Origin: Frankiaceae bacterium
GTDB taxonomy: Bacteria; Actinomycetota; Actinomycetes; JAFAQI01
Assembly: GCA_025929315.1 (NCBI GenBank)
Contig: JAICMI010000001.1
Coordinates: forward strand, 1,802-65,801
Reading direction: 5' to 3'
DNA: 64,000 nucleotides
Within the stretch, counting starts at the first letter, position 1; each line of letters begins with the position of its first letter. Below the pieces are notes generated by a model. It saw only the letters and a list, made by a program, of their open reading frames with translations. It was not told the DNA's origin and ran no database searches. Below, one piece after another: positions 15,032 to 24,004 of this stretch. The position numbers were made by a program, and so were the translations under genes.

Positions 15032-17659
15032 CTAATCACCGTCCAGTGACTCGTCTTCCGCATGGGGTCCGGGCGGTGGCGGGGTCGAGTCCTCGCCATA
15101 GACCGCGTGCCACAGGATCCGGTCGAGGAGGTGCTGGGGCACCTGGTCGATGTTGCTGAAGTCGAGCGACGCCGACAGCGCAGCGTCCGGCGCGTCCGGC
15201 GCGTTGACCTGCAACCGATTCTGCTGAGGGACGATCGCGTTGAAAGGCGCACTGTTGACCGGACTCGACGTGAACACGTCATACATGGGCTCGGCCAGCG
15301 CGTCGTTGAGGCTGAGCGGCTCCATGCCGAGGATCAGCTCGATCGACCGCACCACCGACAAGGTGTCGTAGCGGTGATGCACCACGGCACCGGCCTGGGT
15401 GTAAGGACTGATGACCTCGGCGGGGATCCGGTGCGCGTCGACGTGGTCGGCGCCGTCCTGCGAGTCGTCCTCGATCACAAAGATGGCCGATGACTTCCAG
15501 ATCTTGGAATGGCTGATGGTGTCGACGACCTCGCCGAGACCGTAGTCGTTGTCCGCCACCATCGCCTGCGGGGTGCGCAAGCCATGGGCGGTGCCGATCG
15601 TGTGGTCGTTGGGCAGAACCATGTAGTTGAACGCCGGCACGCTGTTGGTGGCAAGCTGCTGCTTGAAGTGCTGCCTGAAGCACGCAAAGCGCGACGCCGC
15701 GGTCTTGTATCCACCTGCCGGCCGGCTGCCGTCGAACGAGCGATGCAACGCGATGATGTTGGCCGTGATGTTGCGGTCGCTCGGATAGCAGCTGCCCGCA
15801 GGCTGAGGTCCCACGCCGCCTGGTGCGTTCACGCCGATGTCGGAGTGGGCCAGCTTGCGCGCCGCCATCGTGACGAGTGCCGGCGTACGGTCCCTGTCGG
15901 GCATCGGGAAGTCACCGGCGAACGCCTCGCCGTAGTTGAAGAAGCTGATGTTCTGCCGCAGCGCCTGGTCGAAGAGGAAGCCGTTACCGGGCCAGCTGAC
16001 CGCATAGACCCCGAAGTCGTCCGGACGACCGCGCAGGGCGTAGAAGTGCATCCAGTTCTTCTGCACGTAGTCCGAAACCGTCGCTGCGCTCGTCCAGAAG
16101 TGACCGTCGATCGACGCCTCGGAGTCGGCGTAGACGTGATCGAGCAGCGGGAACCGGCGCACCAGGGAGTGGACGTTGGGCGTGACGTTGCGTCCGAACA
16201 GCTCAAGGTGACGATCGCCGTCGCCGCGTGGGTCATCGCCGAGGATCTGGTCATAGGTACGGTTCTCCTTGACCACGAAGAACACATGCTTGATCGGACC
16301 GTTGGGCCGTAACGGCGTGTGCGCTGGCGGGTCGGTGCGGTCGACCGGGACCATCTGCCGCACCGCGACGCGCGTCATGCCCGGCAGGTCGGCAGTGCGG
16401 GGCGCGGCGAGGACACCGACGTCGCCGCGGACAGCAGCCGGCAGGTAGTCGAACTTGTTGATGTCGACACCGCCGGCGCCGCCGCGTTCGACGGGCTGCG
16501 GTCCGTCGAGGTCGGGGCCGACGCCGAATCCCTTGGCTGACAGCCACACGACTCGGTTGTGCGACGTGGCGACATCCGTCGGGAACGCCGCCGTCGGGAT
16601 GCGACCGATCAGTCGCGGCATGGTGCGGCTGATGCTGAGCACAGCGACATCGTCGGCGCCCTCTTCGGCCACATAGAGACGGTGACGGATGGGGTCGACA
16701 GCCCCGGCGACCGGCGAGACACCCAGACCTACGGATCGGCGCAGGGAGAAGTCGGCAACCTTCTTCATTGTCGTGGTCGAGATGACCGCAACATGGTCGG
16801 TGTTGGCCATCGTCACGTATGCCCGGTGCGCACGCGGGTCGACGCTGATGCTCTCCGGATGGGACAATGGCGGACCGACCGCGATGGTCTTGGTGACAAG
16901 GCCGTTCGCCATCTGCACGACCGACACGGTGCCGTCGGCCTCGTTGGAGATCAGACCTTTCGTGCCGCCGGCGACGACGGCGGCGCCATACGGATAGTGC
17001 CCGACGACCGCATAGGTCTTCTTGTGTGTTGTCAGGTTGACGATGAGGGCTCGGTCGGCGAGGTTGAGCGGCACGAGCAACCGGTTGCCGGCCGCTGAGT
17101 AAGCGAGCCGGTCGGGCCAGCCCACCGGCTTGGAGTCGGGGTCGGGCGGGAAGTCTTGCGGCACCAGGGAGCCTGACGGTGGCGGCGTCTTGATGACTCG
17201 TGTTTCCTTCGCCCGACCGCTGTGCCGGTTGTAACGGAGCACGTGGATGACGTCGCCGTGCCGACCTTTCAGGTTGTCCTGTCGCTCGTCGCGATGCCGA
17301 GAGTCGTGCACGCCGCTGACATAGACCACCGGCTTGCGCGTGTTCATCGCGATGCCGCCGGACGAACCCGGCAGATGCACGGTCTGCAGCAGACGGTTAC
17401 TTCGTACGTCGACGATGCGGATGTCGTTGTAGCCGCGGCCGGTGGATACCGCCCAGTAGAACTTGCCGTTGGGCGTGAGCGCGCCACCCGTCGGGAAGTT
17501 GCCCACCTCGGTGAGGGCCCCAGCCGGGTGCAGCACTCGACCGTTGCCGGTCTCGTGCAGCGCCGGACCGATCTGACCCTCGCCGGTGACGGCATAGGTG
17601 ACCGCCGTCGCGGCAAGCGCGAGGACGGCTACCCCCGTGACCAGGTGCTTTCTGCTCAT
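15032..17659 (-). CDS. Secreted bifunctional YncE-like beta-propeller / phosphoesterase (PLC/acid phosphatase AcpA family) protein, copy 2
   Basis: I place the start at ATG 17659 (MSRKHLVTGVAVLALAATAVTYA signal). N-terminal propeller repeats, and a C-terminal IKHVFFVVKENRTYDQILGD ... EDDSQDGADHVDAHR phosphoesterase core. The start overlaps the stop of the upstream paralog (TGATG). Confidence 0.85.
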   Translation of the reverse strand: MSRKHLVTGVAVLALAATAVTYAVTGEGQIGPALHETGNGRVLHPAGALTEVGNFPTGGALTPNGKFYWAVSTGRGYNDIRIVDVRSNRLLQTVHLPGSSGGIAMNTRKPVVYVSGVHDSRHRDERQDNLKGRHGDVIHVLRYNRHSGRAKETRVIKTPPPSGSLVPQDFPPDPDSKPVGWPDRLAYSAAGNRLLVPLNLADRALIVNLTTHKKTYAVVGHYPYGAAVVAGGTKGLISNEADGTVSVVQMANGLVTKTIAVGPPLSHPESISVDPRAHRAYVTMANTDHVAVISTTTMKKVADFSLRRSVGLGVSPVAGAVDPIRHRLYVAEEGADDVAVLSISRTMPRLIGRIPTAAFPTDVATSHNRVVWLSAKGFGVGPDLDGPQPVERGGAGGVDINKFDYLPAAVRGDVGVLAAPRTADLPGMTRVAVRQMVPVDRTDPPAHTPLRPNGPIKHVFFVVKENRTYDQILGDDPRGDGDRHLELFGRNVTPNVHSLVRRFPLLDHVYADSEASIDGHFWTSAATVSDYVQKNWMHFYALRGRPDDFGVYAVSWPGNGFLFDQALRQNISFFNYGEAFAGDFPMPDRDRTPALVTMAARKLAHSDIGVNAPGGVGPQPAGSCYPSDRNITANIIALHRSFDGSRPAGGYKTAASRFACFRQHFKQQLATNSVPAFNYMVLPNDHTIGTAHGLRTPQAMVADNDYGLGEVVDTISHSKIWKSSAIFVIEDDSQDGADHVDAHRIPAEVISPYTQAGAVVHHRYDTLSVVRSIELILGMEPLSLNDALAEPMYDVFTSSPVNSAPFNAIVPQQNRLQVNAPDAPDAALSASLDFSNIDQVPQHLLDRILWHAVYGEDSTPPPPGPHAEDESLDGD

Positions 17660-20283
17660 CAACCGTCCGGGTCCGACTGGTCCTCGGCGTTGGGGCCTGG
17701 CGGCGGCGGTGTGGAGTGCTGCCCATGGACCGCATGCCACAGGATCCGGTCGAGAAGCCGCTGCGGCACCTGGTCGAGCTGGCTGAAGTCGAGCGATGCG
17801 GACAGCGCGGCGTCAGGGGCGGTCGCCGGGTTGAGGGCGAGTCGGTCCTGTTTGGGCACGATTGCCGTGAACGGGGCCGAGTTCTGTGCGGAGCCCGAGA
17901 AGGCGCCGTACATCGGCTCCGCCAGGGCGTCGTTGAGCCCCAGCGGCTCCATCCCGAGGATCAGCTCCATGGAGTGGATAACGGACAAGAAGTCATAACG
18001 ATGCGCAACAAGCGCACCGGGTTTGGTGAAGGGGCTGATCACCTCGGCCGGGATGCGGTGGGCGTCCACGTGGTCAGCCCCGTCCTGTGAGTCGTCCTCG
18101 ACCACGAAGATCGCGGACGAGTCCCAGATCGAGGAGTGGCTGATCTCGTCGACGATCTGCCCCAACCCGTAGTCGTTGTCAGCGACCAGGGCCTGCGGCG
18201 TCCGTTTGCCCGGCGACGTGCCGACGGTGTGATCGTTGGGGAGCACCAGGTAGTTGAAGGCGGGTACGGCGTCGGTCGCCAGCTGGCTTTCGAAGTGCTG
18301 CTTGAAGCACGAGAACCGCGACTCGGCGCCCATCGGGGCTCCCGCGGGGAGGCTCGAGTCGAACGTCTTCTGCTGCGTGATGGCGTCGGTCTCGATGTCG
18401 GCGTCGTTCGGGTAGCACTGGCCGCCCGGGGCCGCGCCGCCCAGCGGTGGGACGCCTGCGCCGAGGTCGGAATGCTGGAACTTGGTCACGACCTCCTGCG
18501 TCATTGCGTTGTCCCGGTCCTTGTCCGGGAACGGTACGACGCCGGCGACCGCCTCTCCGTAGTTGAAGTAGCTGATGCCCTGCCGCTGCGCCTGGTCGAA
18601 GAGGAAGCCGTTGCCCGGCCACGTGACGGCATAGACACCGAAGTCGTAGGGCCGGCCGCGGGCGGCATAGTTCTGCATCCAGTTCTTCTGGACGTAGTCC
18701 GACACCATCCCCGCACTTGTCCAGAAGTGGCCGTCGATCGACGCCTCGGAGTTGGCGTAGACGTGGTCGAGCAACGGGAATCGGCTGACGAGCGCGTGCA
18801 CGTTTGGAGTGACGTCAGGACCGAAGAGCTCGAGCTTCGGGTCGCTGGCGCCGCGACCGACGTCGCCGAGGATCTGGTCGTAGGTGCGGTTCTCCTTGAC
18901 GATGTAGAACACGTGCTTGATCGGCCCACCGGGTCGCAACGGGGTGTCCGGGGGTGCGGCGGTTCGATCGACCGGGATCACCACCCGGTTGGCGGTCTTG
19001 GTCATCGCACTGAGCGTCGTACCGGTGGGAACGCGCAGTGCGCCGACAGATCCGCGGACCACCGACGGCAGGTAGGCGAACGTGTTGATCTCGTTGTCGT
19101 TGTCGTGCGGGCTGGTCGGCCTGGGCCCGTTGAGGTTGGGGCCGTAGCCGAACGTCTTGGCCGAGAGCCAGACGAGTCGGTGCTTGGACACTGCGACGTC
19201 GGTCGGGAACGACGCCGTTGGCACCCGGCCGACCAAACGCGGCTTGGCCTTGGTGGTGTCGAGTACGGCGACGTCGTCGCCGCCCTCCTCGGCGATGTAG
19301 AGCCGTCGGTGCTTCACGTCGACTGATCCGGCCACGGGCGAGACGCCCAGACCCTGTTTGCGCACGAGCGACAGGTCGGCGACCTTTGCCTTCTTCTTCA
19401 TGTCGATGACGGCGACATGGTCGGTGTTGGCCATGGTCACGTAGGCGCGCTGCGTCTTGGAGTTGGTCACGATGGCTTCCGGGTGGGACAGCTTGGGACC
19501 GACCGTGATCGTCTTGGTCACCTGCGCAGACGACATGTCGATGACGGAGACCGTGCCGTCGGTCTCGTTGCTGACGAAGCCGGTCTTGCCGTCGGGCGAG
19601 ATCGCGGCGCCATAGGGGTAGTGACCGACGTCGATGTAGGTCACCTCGCGTGCCTTCGGAACCACGATCGCGGCGGCGTCGGCCAGGTTGAGCGGCACGA
19701 GCAGCTTGCGACCGTTCGGGGAGATGGCGAGCCGGTCCGGCCAGGAGACCTTGGCGGTGTTGGTCGGCGGGAAGTTCTGCGGAGTCGGCGCGTTGTCCGG
19801 CGGCGCAACGTCGAGAAGGCGCTTGAAATGCGCGTGGCCGGTCTTGGCGCTGTAGCGATAGACGTCGATGACGTCACCACCCCGGCCTGGCTTGTGCCTG
19901 CGCTGCTGGTCGAGGTGGGCGGAGTCGGCGACGCCGGAGACATAGGCTCGGTTGCGCGTCGAGTCCATGACGATCCCGCCGGAAGCGCCCGGGATGCCGA
20001 TGGTCTGGACGACACGGTGGGTGTGCAGGTTGACGATGCGGATGTCGTTGAGCCCGCGCCCTGTGGCGACCGCCCAGTAGAAGCGCCCGTTACGGGTGAG
20101 CGCTCCGCCGGTCGGGAAGTTGCCGACCTCGGTCATCCGGCCGGCCGGATGCAGCACCCGGCCGTTGCCGGTCTCGTGCTTCGTCGGGCCGATGACGCCG
20201 TCATCCGTGACGGCGTAGCCAACGGCTCCCCCGGCGGCAAGCGCGGCGGCTAGGAGCAGGGCGAGGTGGCGGGTTCGGGGCAC
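17659..20283 (-). CDS. Secreted bifunctional YncE-like beta-propeller / phosphoesterase family protein, copy 1
   Basis: 874 aa with signal (M)PRTRHLALLLAAALAAGGAVGYA. It has the same architecture as 15032..17659 and is collinear along the full length (IKHVFYIVKENRTYDQILGD, EDDSQDGADHVDAHR). Confidence 0.85.
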   Translation of the reverse strand: MPRTRHLALLLAAALAAGGAVGYAVTDDGVIGPTKHETGNGRVLHPAGRMTEVGNFPTGGALTRNGRFYWAVATGRGLNDIRIVNLHTHRVVQTIGIPGASGGIVMDSTRNRAYVSGVADSAHLDQQRRHKPGRGGDVIDVYRYSAKTGHAHFKRLLDVAPPDNAPTPQNFPPTNTAKVSWPDRLAISPNGRKLLVPLNLADAAAIVVPKAREVTYIDVGHYPYGAAISPDGKTGFVSNETDGTVSVIDMSSAQVTKTITVGPKLSHPEAIVTNSKTQRAYVTMANTDHVAVIDMKKKAKVADLSLVRKQGLGVSPVAGSVDVKHRRLYIAEEGGDDVAVLDTTKAKPRLVGRVPTASFPTDVAVSKHRLVWLSAKTFGYGPNLNGPRPTSPHDNDNEINTFAYLPSVVRGSVGALRVPTGTTLSAMTKTANRVVIPVDRTAAPPDTPLRPGGPIKHVFYIVKENRTYDQILGDVGRGASDPKLELFGPDVTPNVHALVSRFPLLDHVYANSEASIDGHFWTSAGMVSDYVQKNWMQNYAARGRPYDFGVYAVTWPGNGFLFDQAQRQGISYFNYGEAVAGVVPFPDKDRDNAMTQEVVTKFQHSDLGAGVPPLGGAAPGGQCYPNDADIETDAITQQKTFDSSLPAGAPMGAESRFSCFKQHFESQLATDAVPAFNYLVLPNDHTVGTSPGKRTPQALVADNDYGLGQIVDEISHSSIWDSSAIFVVEDDSQDGADHVDAHRIPAEVISPFTKPGALVAHRYDFLSVIHSMELILGMEPLGLNDALAEPMYGAFSGSAQNSAPFTAIVPKQDRLALNPATAPDAALSASLDFSQLDQVPQRLLDRILWHAVHGQHSTPPPPGPNAEDQSDPDG

Positions 20284-20353
20284 CGGACAATCCTGGCACC
20301 GATGAGTTGCGCGCGAACGGGACGTCTACCTTGCTGACACCGAGGAGGCAGCC

Positions 20354-20836
20354 GTGAGCGAGCGCATCACCCCATTTCTCTGGTTCGACACGCAGGCCGA
20401 GGAGGCCGCGGCGTTCTACTGCTCGATCTTCAAGAACTCACGGGTCATTTCCGTCTCCCGCTACTCCGACGCGGGGCCGGGCGAGGCGGGGGCGGCCATG
20501 ACCGTCGAGTGGGAGCTCGACGGCCAGCGCTTCATCGGCCTGAACGGAGGGCCCGAGTTCACCTTCACGGAGGCGGTGTCCTTCCAGGTGGACTGCGAGG
20601 ACCAGGCAGAGGCCGACGACTACTGGGACCAGCTCACCGCCGACGGCGGCGAGGAGAGCCAGTGCGGCTGGTGCAAGGACAAGTACGGATTGTCCTGGCA
20701 GATAGTCCCGAAGGGGTTCTTCGAGATCATCAGCGATCCGGACAGGGACCGCGCCGCCCGGGCGATGAAGGCCATGTTCGGGATGACGAAGCTCGACCTC
20801 GCCGCCCTCCAGGCAGCGGCCGACGCCACCGGCTAA
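20354..20836 (+). CDS. VOC family protein (PhnB / 3-demethylubiquinone-9 3-methyltransferase-like domain)
   Basis: ITPFLWFDTQAEEAAAFYCSIFKNS...GLNGGPEFTFTEAVSFQV...WCKDKYGLSWQIVP. GAGGAGG lies upstream of the GTG. Confidence 0.85.
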   Translation: MSERITPFLWFDTQAEEAAAFYCSIFKNSRVISVSRYSDAGPGEAGAAMTVEWELDGQRFIGLNGGPEFTFTEAVSFQVDCEDQAEADDYWDQLTADGGEESQCGWCKDKYGLSWQIVPKGFFEIISDPDRDRAARAMKAMFGMTKLDLAALQAAADATG

Positions 20837-20846
20837 CGTCGCCCGC

Positions 20847-21755
20847 GTGATCGGCCGCGACGACATCAGTGTCGCCGCTGAGCGAATCGGCACATATGTC
20901 CGTCGGACGCCGGTCGTCGAGCTGACGGCTGACCTGTGGTTGAAGCTCGAGCTGGTGCAGCACACAGGCAGCTTCAAGCCACGGGGCATGTTCAACCGCG
21001 TCCTTGCGAGCGACGTGCCCGCCGCCGGGCTCACCGTGGCGTCGGGAGGTAACGCGGGACTCGCAGTCGCCTTCGTCGGGCGTGCCCTCGGACACGCGGT
21101 CGAGGTCTTCGTACCGGCCGCCACACCGGCCGTGAAGGTCGAGCGGCTGCGCGACTACGGCGCGGACGTCACCCTGACCGGCGCCGACTACGCCGAGGCG
21201 CTGGTCGCGAGCGAGACGCACGCCGCCGAGACCGGTGCGTTGTTCGTCCATGCTTATGACCAGCCCGACGTCGTCGCCGGGCAAGGAACCCTCGGTCGCG
21301 AGATGGCCGAGCAGGTGCCGGGCGCGGACACGGTGCTCGTCTCCGTCGGTGGCGGTGGGCTGATCGGCGGGATCGCGGCTTGGTACGCCGGCGCGGTCCG
21401 AGTCGTCGGCGTCGAGCCGACGGGCTGCCCGACGTTGCACGCCGCGCGCGAGGCAGGCATGCCGGTTGACGTGAGAACGGAGGGCGTGGCGCGCGACTCA
21501 CTGGGGGCGCGACGGCTCGGCGCGATCGCGTGGGAGCACGTCGCAGCGGGACACATCAGCGACTCGGTGCTGGTCGACGACGAGGCGATCGTCGCGGCTC
21601 GACGGTGGCTCTGGCAGGAAGCACGTGTCGCCACCGAACCGGGCACCGCCGCGGCGATCGCCGCGTTGCGGGCGGGTGCCTACAAACCAGCGCGCGGTGA
21701 GACCGTCGTCGTGGTGATCTGCGGCGCCAACGCCGATCCGTCGGATCTCGGTTGA
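20847..21755 (+). CDS. PLP-dependent threonine/serine dehydratase family protein
   Basis: PLP lysine motif LVQHTGSFKPRG and glycine loop VSVGGGGLIGG; 302 aa. Confidence 0.85.
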   Translation: MIGRDDISVAAERIGTYVRRTPVVELTADLWLKLELVQHTGSFKPRGMFNRVLASDVPAAGLTVASGGNAGLAVAFVGRALGHAVEVFVPAATPAVKVERLRDYGADVTLTGADYAEALVASETHAAETGALFVHAYDQPDVVAGQGTLGREMAEQVPGADTVLVSVGGGGLIGGIAAWYAGAVRVVGVEPTGCPTLHAAREAGMPVDVRTEGVARDSLGARRLGAIAWEHVAAGHISDSVLVDDEAIVAARRWLWQEARVATEPGTAAAIAALRAGAYKPARGETVVVVICGANADPSDLG

Positions 21756-21864
21756 TGCCAATCTAGGTACCCCGGCGGTGCAAGTTACGCATCGAAAGCC
21801 CTGCTGCCGGTGAACCTCCGTCCCTAATGTCCGGACCACATCGGACACAAGGGAGGGACAGGCA

Positions 21865-22116
21865 ATGCCGCTCTACATGGACGTGCATCACATCAGTGGC
21901 GGCGTCACCGCGAACGACGTCGCTCAAGCGCACGTCGCGGATCTGGAGACCCAGGGCTCGTACGACGTGAAGTACCTCCGCTACTGGGTCAACGAACCCG
22001 AGGGCAAGGTCTTCTGCCTCGTCGAGGCGCCCTCGCCCGACGCAGCGGCGACCGTTCATCGCGAGGCACACGGCCTCGTCGCCGATTCAATCTTCGAAGT
22101 GCAGGAGGGGTCATGA
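21865..22116 (+). CDS. DUF4242 (SCO4226-like, ferredoxin-like fold, nickel-binding family) protein, copy A
   Basis: 83 aa. MPLYMDVHHI...YLRYWVNEPEGKVFCLVEAPSPDAAATVHREAHG. AAGGGAGGGA lies upstream. A paralog is at 41186..41437. Confidence 0.8.
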   Translation: MPLYMDVHHISGGVTANDVAQAHVADLETQGSYDVKYLRYWVNEPEGKVFCLVEAPSPDAAATVHREAHGLVADSIFEVQEGS

Positions 22117-22739
22117 CACGTGGGAGCTCAGTACTGAGGGTCCGTCGGACCGCGGCGATCGTCGCAGCGTTGCTGCTTCTGGCGGCGTTCGCGTGGGTGC
22201 GACCGGGCATGTCACCGGCGCGCGCGTCGAGCGACCCGATGGCCGCGCATTCGTCGTCCGGACTGGCGCAAAAGCTGGCACAGGCGCGCGTGGCTACAGC
22301 GAAGTACGTCACCAACCTGAGCCGGGCCAAGAAGGACGGCTACATGATCATCACGCAGGCGATGCCGGGCATGGGTTACCACTACCTCAACCCCAACATC
22401 TCCGACTTCGACATCCGCAAGCCGGCGATCCTCGTCTACGAGAAGACCTCGCACGGCATGCAGCTCGGCGCGCTGGAGTGGGTGTTCCCATCGATTCCGA
22501 AGAAGCCCACGCTGCCGAACGCGACCTACGGGTTCTTCCCGGCCGCTTGCCACTACAAGGACGGCACCTTCACCCCGGCCGCTGCACAGAGTGACTGTGC
22601 CGCGAAGTCGCCGAGCAGCGGATCAGCGTTCAACTTCTGGCACCCGCCGCTCTACACGATGCACGTCTGGATCTGGTACCCGAACCCGGCGGGCCTGTAC
22701 TCGAGCACCAACCCGCTCGTCACGCCGTTCACCGGCTAG
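22113..22739 (+). CDS. Secreted hypothetical protein
   Basis: ATGA overlap with DUF4242. The N-terminal region RRTAAIVAALLLLAAFAWV...ARA looks like a signal peptide. Conserved-looking segments MPGMGYHYLN and LVYEK...ALEWVFP. No family recognised. Confidence 0.7.
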   Translation: MTRGSSVLRVRRTAAIVAALLLLAAFAWVRPGMSPARASSDPMAAHSSSGLAQKLAQARVATAKYVTNLSRAKKDGYMIITQAMPGMGYHYLNPNISDFDIRKPAILVYEKTSHGMQLGALEWVFPSIPKKPTLPNATYGFFPAACHYKDGTFTPAAAQSDCAAKSPSSGSAFNFWHPPLYTMHVWIWYPNPAGLYSSTNPLVTPFTG

Positions 22740-22754
22740 GAGAGCGCCGGACGG

Positions 22755-23324
22755 TCAGCCCGCGTAGTGGAAGTCCGTCGCGAAGCCGCAACGCTCGCGC
22801 ACGTCCCACTCGAGCGGCGCGTCGGTGACGCGAAGCTCGTCGGACACGACTTCCTGACCCGGCCGGTCGAGCCCGGGGATGCCGCACGCAATCGGCTCCT
22901 CCGACTCGACCGGCCGCGTCGCGCCCACGGAGATGTAGGTGTCAGCTTTGATCCGCCAACGTCGCGGCCGGTGGTCGAGCTCGATCCGGGCGCGCCGCAC
23001 GTGATGGACAGTGCCGATGGCCTGGCCGTAGTTCTGCATCGTGCCGCCGGCGATGCGGCCGAGGAAGATGTCCGCCAGTGCGGCGTACTGGTCGTCGTCC
23101 GAGCGCTCGTCGACGTAGAGGTTGACCTACCAACCGGCGAGGACGGCTCCGAGCCCGTCCAGTGCGATGTCGTCCTCATGACCGGCCGCGATCTGCCAGG
23201 ACAGCGCGAACTGGCAGATGCCGTGCGACGAGCGCCGACCCGGTTTGTAACCCACTACCCGACACGGGCAGATTGCGTCGCAGTTGCACGCTTCGAAATA
23301 GCTTCCACCGACGTCCCATCCCAT
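22755..23324 (-). pseudogene. DUF1326 family protein interrupted by an in-frame TAG (23127-23129)
   Basis: ORFs 23127..23324 and 22755..23039 are in the same frame. Reading through the TAG gives one 189-codon product, MGWDVGGSYFEACNCDAICPC...LAGW*VNLYVDERSDDDQYAALADIFLGR...DFHYAG, with a coding-like GC3 signature on both sides. Confidence 0.75.
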
Positions 23325-23361
23325 GCTGCTGACGGTAAGTCATTGACGCCTTCGTGGCACC

Positions 23362-23376
23362 GGAGAAAACTTCTCC
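23362..23376. promoter_or_regulatory. Inverted repeat GGAGAA-aac-TTCTCC in the divergent DUF1326/DUF1326 intergenic region
   Basis: Read directly. It lies between the starts at 23324 (minus) and 23399 (plus). TTGACG is at 23344-23349. Confidence 0.3.
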
Positions 23377-23398
23377 TCACGACTCAGGGGGCCGGCAT

Positions 23399-23999
23399 GT
23401 CCTGGAATCTCAAGGGAAGTTACGTCGAGACCTGTTCGTGCGAGCTCATGTGTCCGTGCAACCTGTCATTCGACCACGGCGCCACCTACGACTACTGCCG
23501 AGCGACGCTCGCCTTCAACATCAAAGAAGGTGACATCGAGGGCACCGACATCAGCGGACGAAAGCTCGTCGTCATCTTCGACGCGCCCAAGGTGATGACC
23601 GATGGCAACTGGAAGCTAGGCGTCTATGTCGACGACGGCGCCGACGACGATCAGTTCGACAAGCTGATCAAGGTGTTCAGCGGCCAGCTCGGCGGACCGA
23701 TGGGCGCCCTCGCGCCGCTGGTCGGCGAGATCCGTGGTGCGGAGCGTGCGTCGATCGAGATCGGCGACGACGGCCTGACGCACACGGTGAAGGTCGGCGA
23801 CTCCATCGACTTCGAGGTCAAGGACATCGTCCCGTTCGGGGTCGAGACCGGGCAACCGGTGCGGTTCAACGGCATGTTCCACCCGGTCGGCAACGACCTC
23901 ACGATGGCGGAGGCCCAGCGCTCGCGCATCAACGCGTTCGGCATCAGCTACGAAGGCAAGACGGGATTGTCCAAGTCGGACGTCTCCTGGTCCGCCTGA
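23399..23999 (+). CDS. DUF1326 domain-containing protein
   Basis: Internal ATG at 23399 of ORF 22767..23999. MSWNLKGSYVETCSCELMCPCN carries the family's N-terminal Cys cluster. The upstream part of the ORF is antisense to the pseudogene. Confidence 0.85.
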
Positions 24000-24004
24000 G
24001 TTCG

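Noticed and set aside
20284-20353. Searched upstream of the phosphoesterase operon for PhoP PHO-box direct repeats (GTTCACC-type 11-nt units).
   Set aside because: Only two weak adjacent units occur on the coding strand (GTTCGCGCGCA ACTCATCGGTG, matching 5/7 and 4/7 of the conserved core). That is not enough to call a PHO box.
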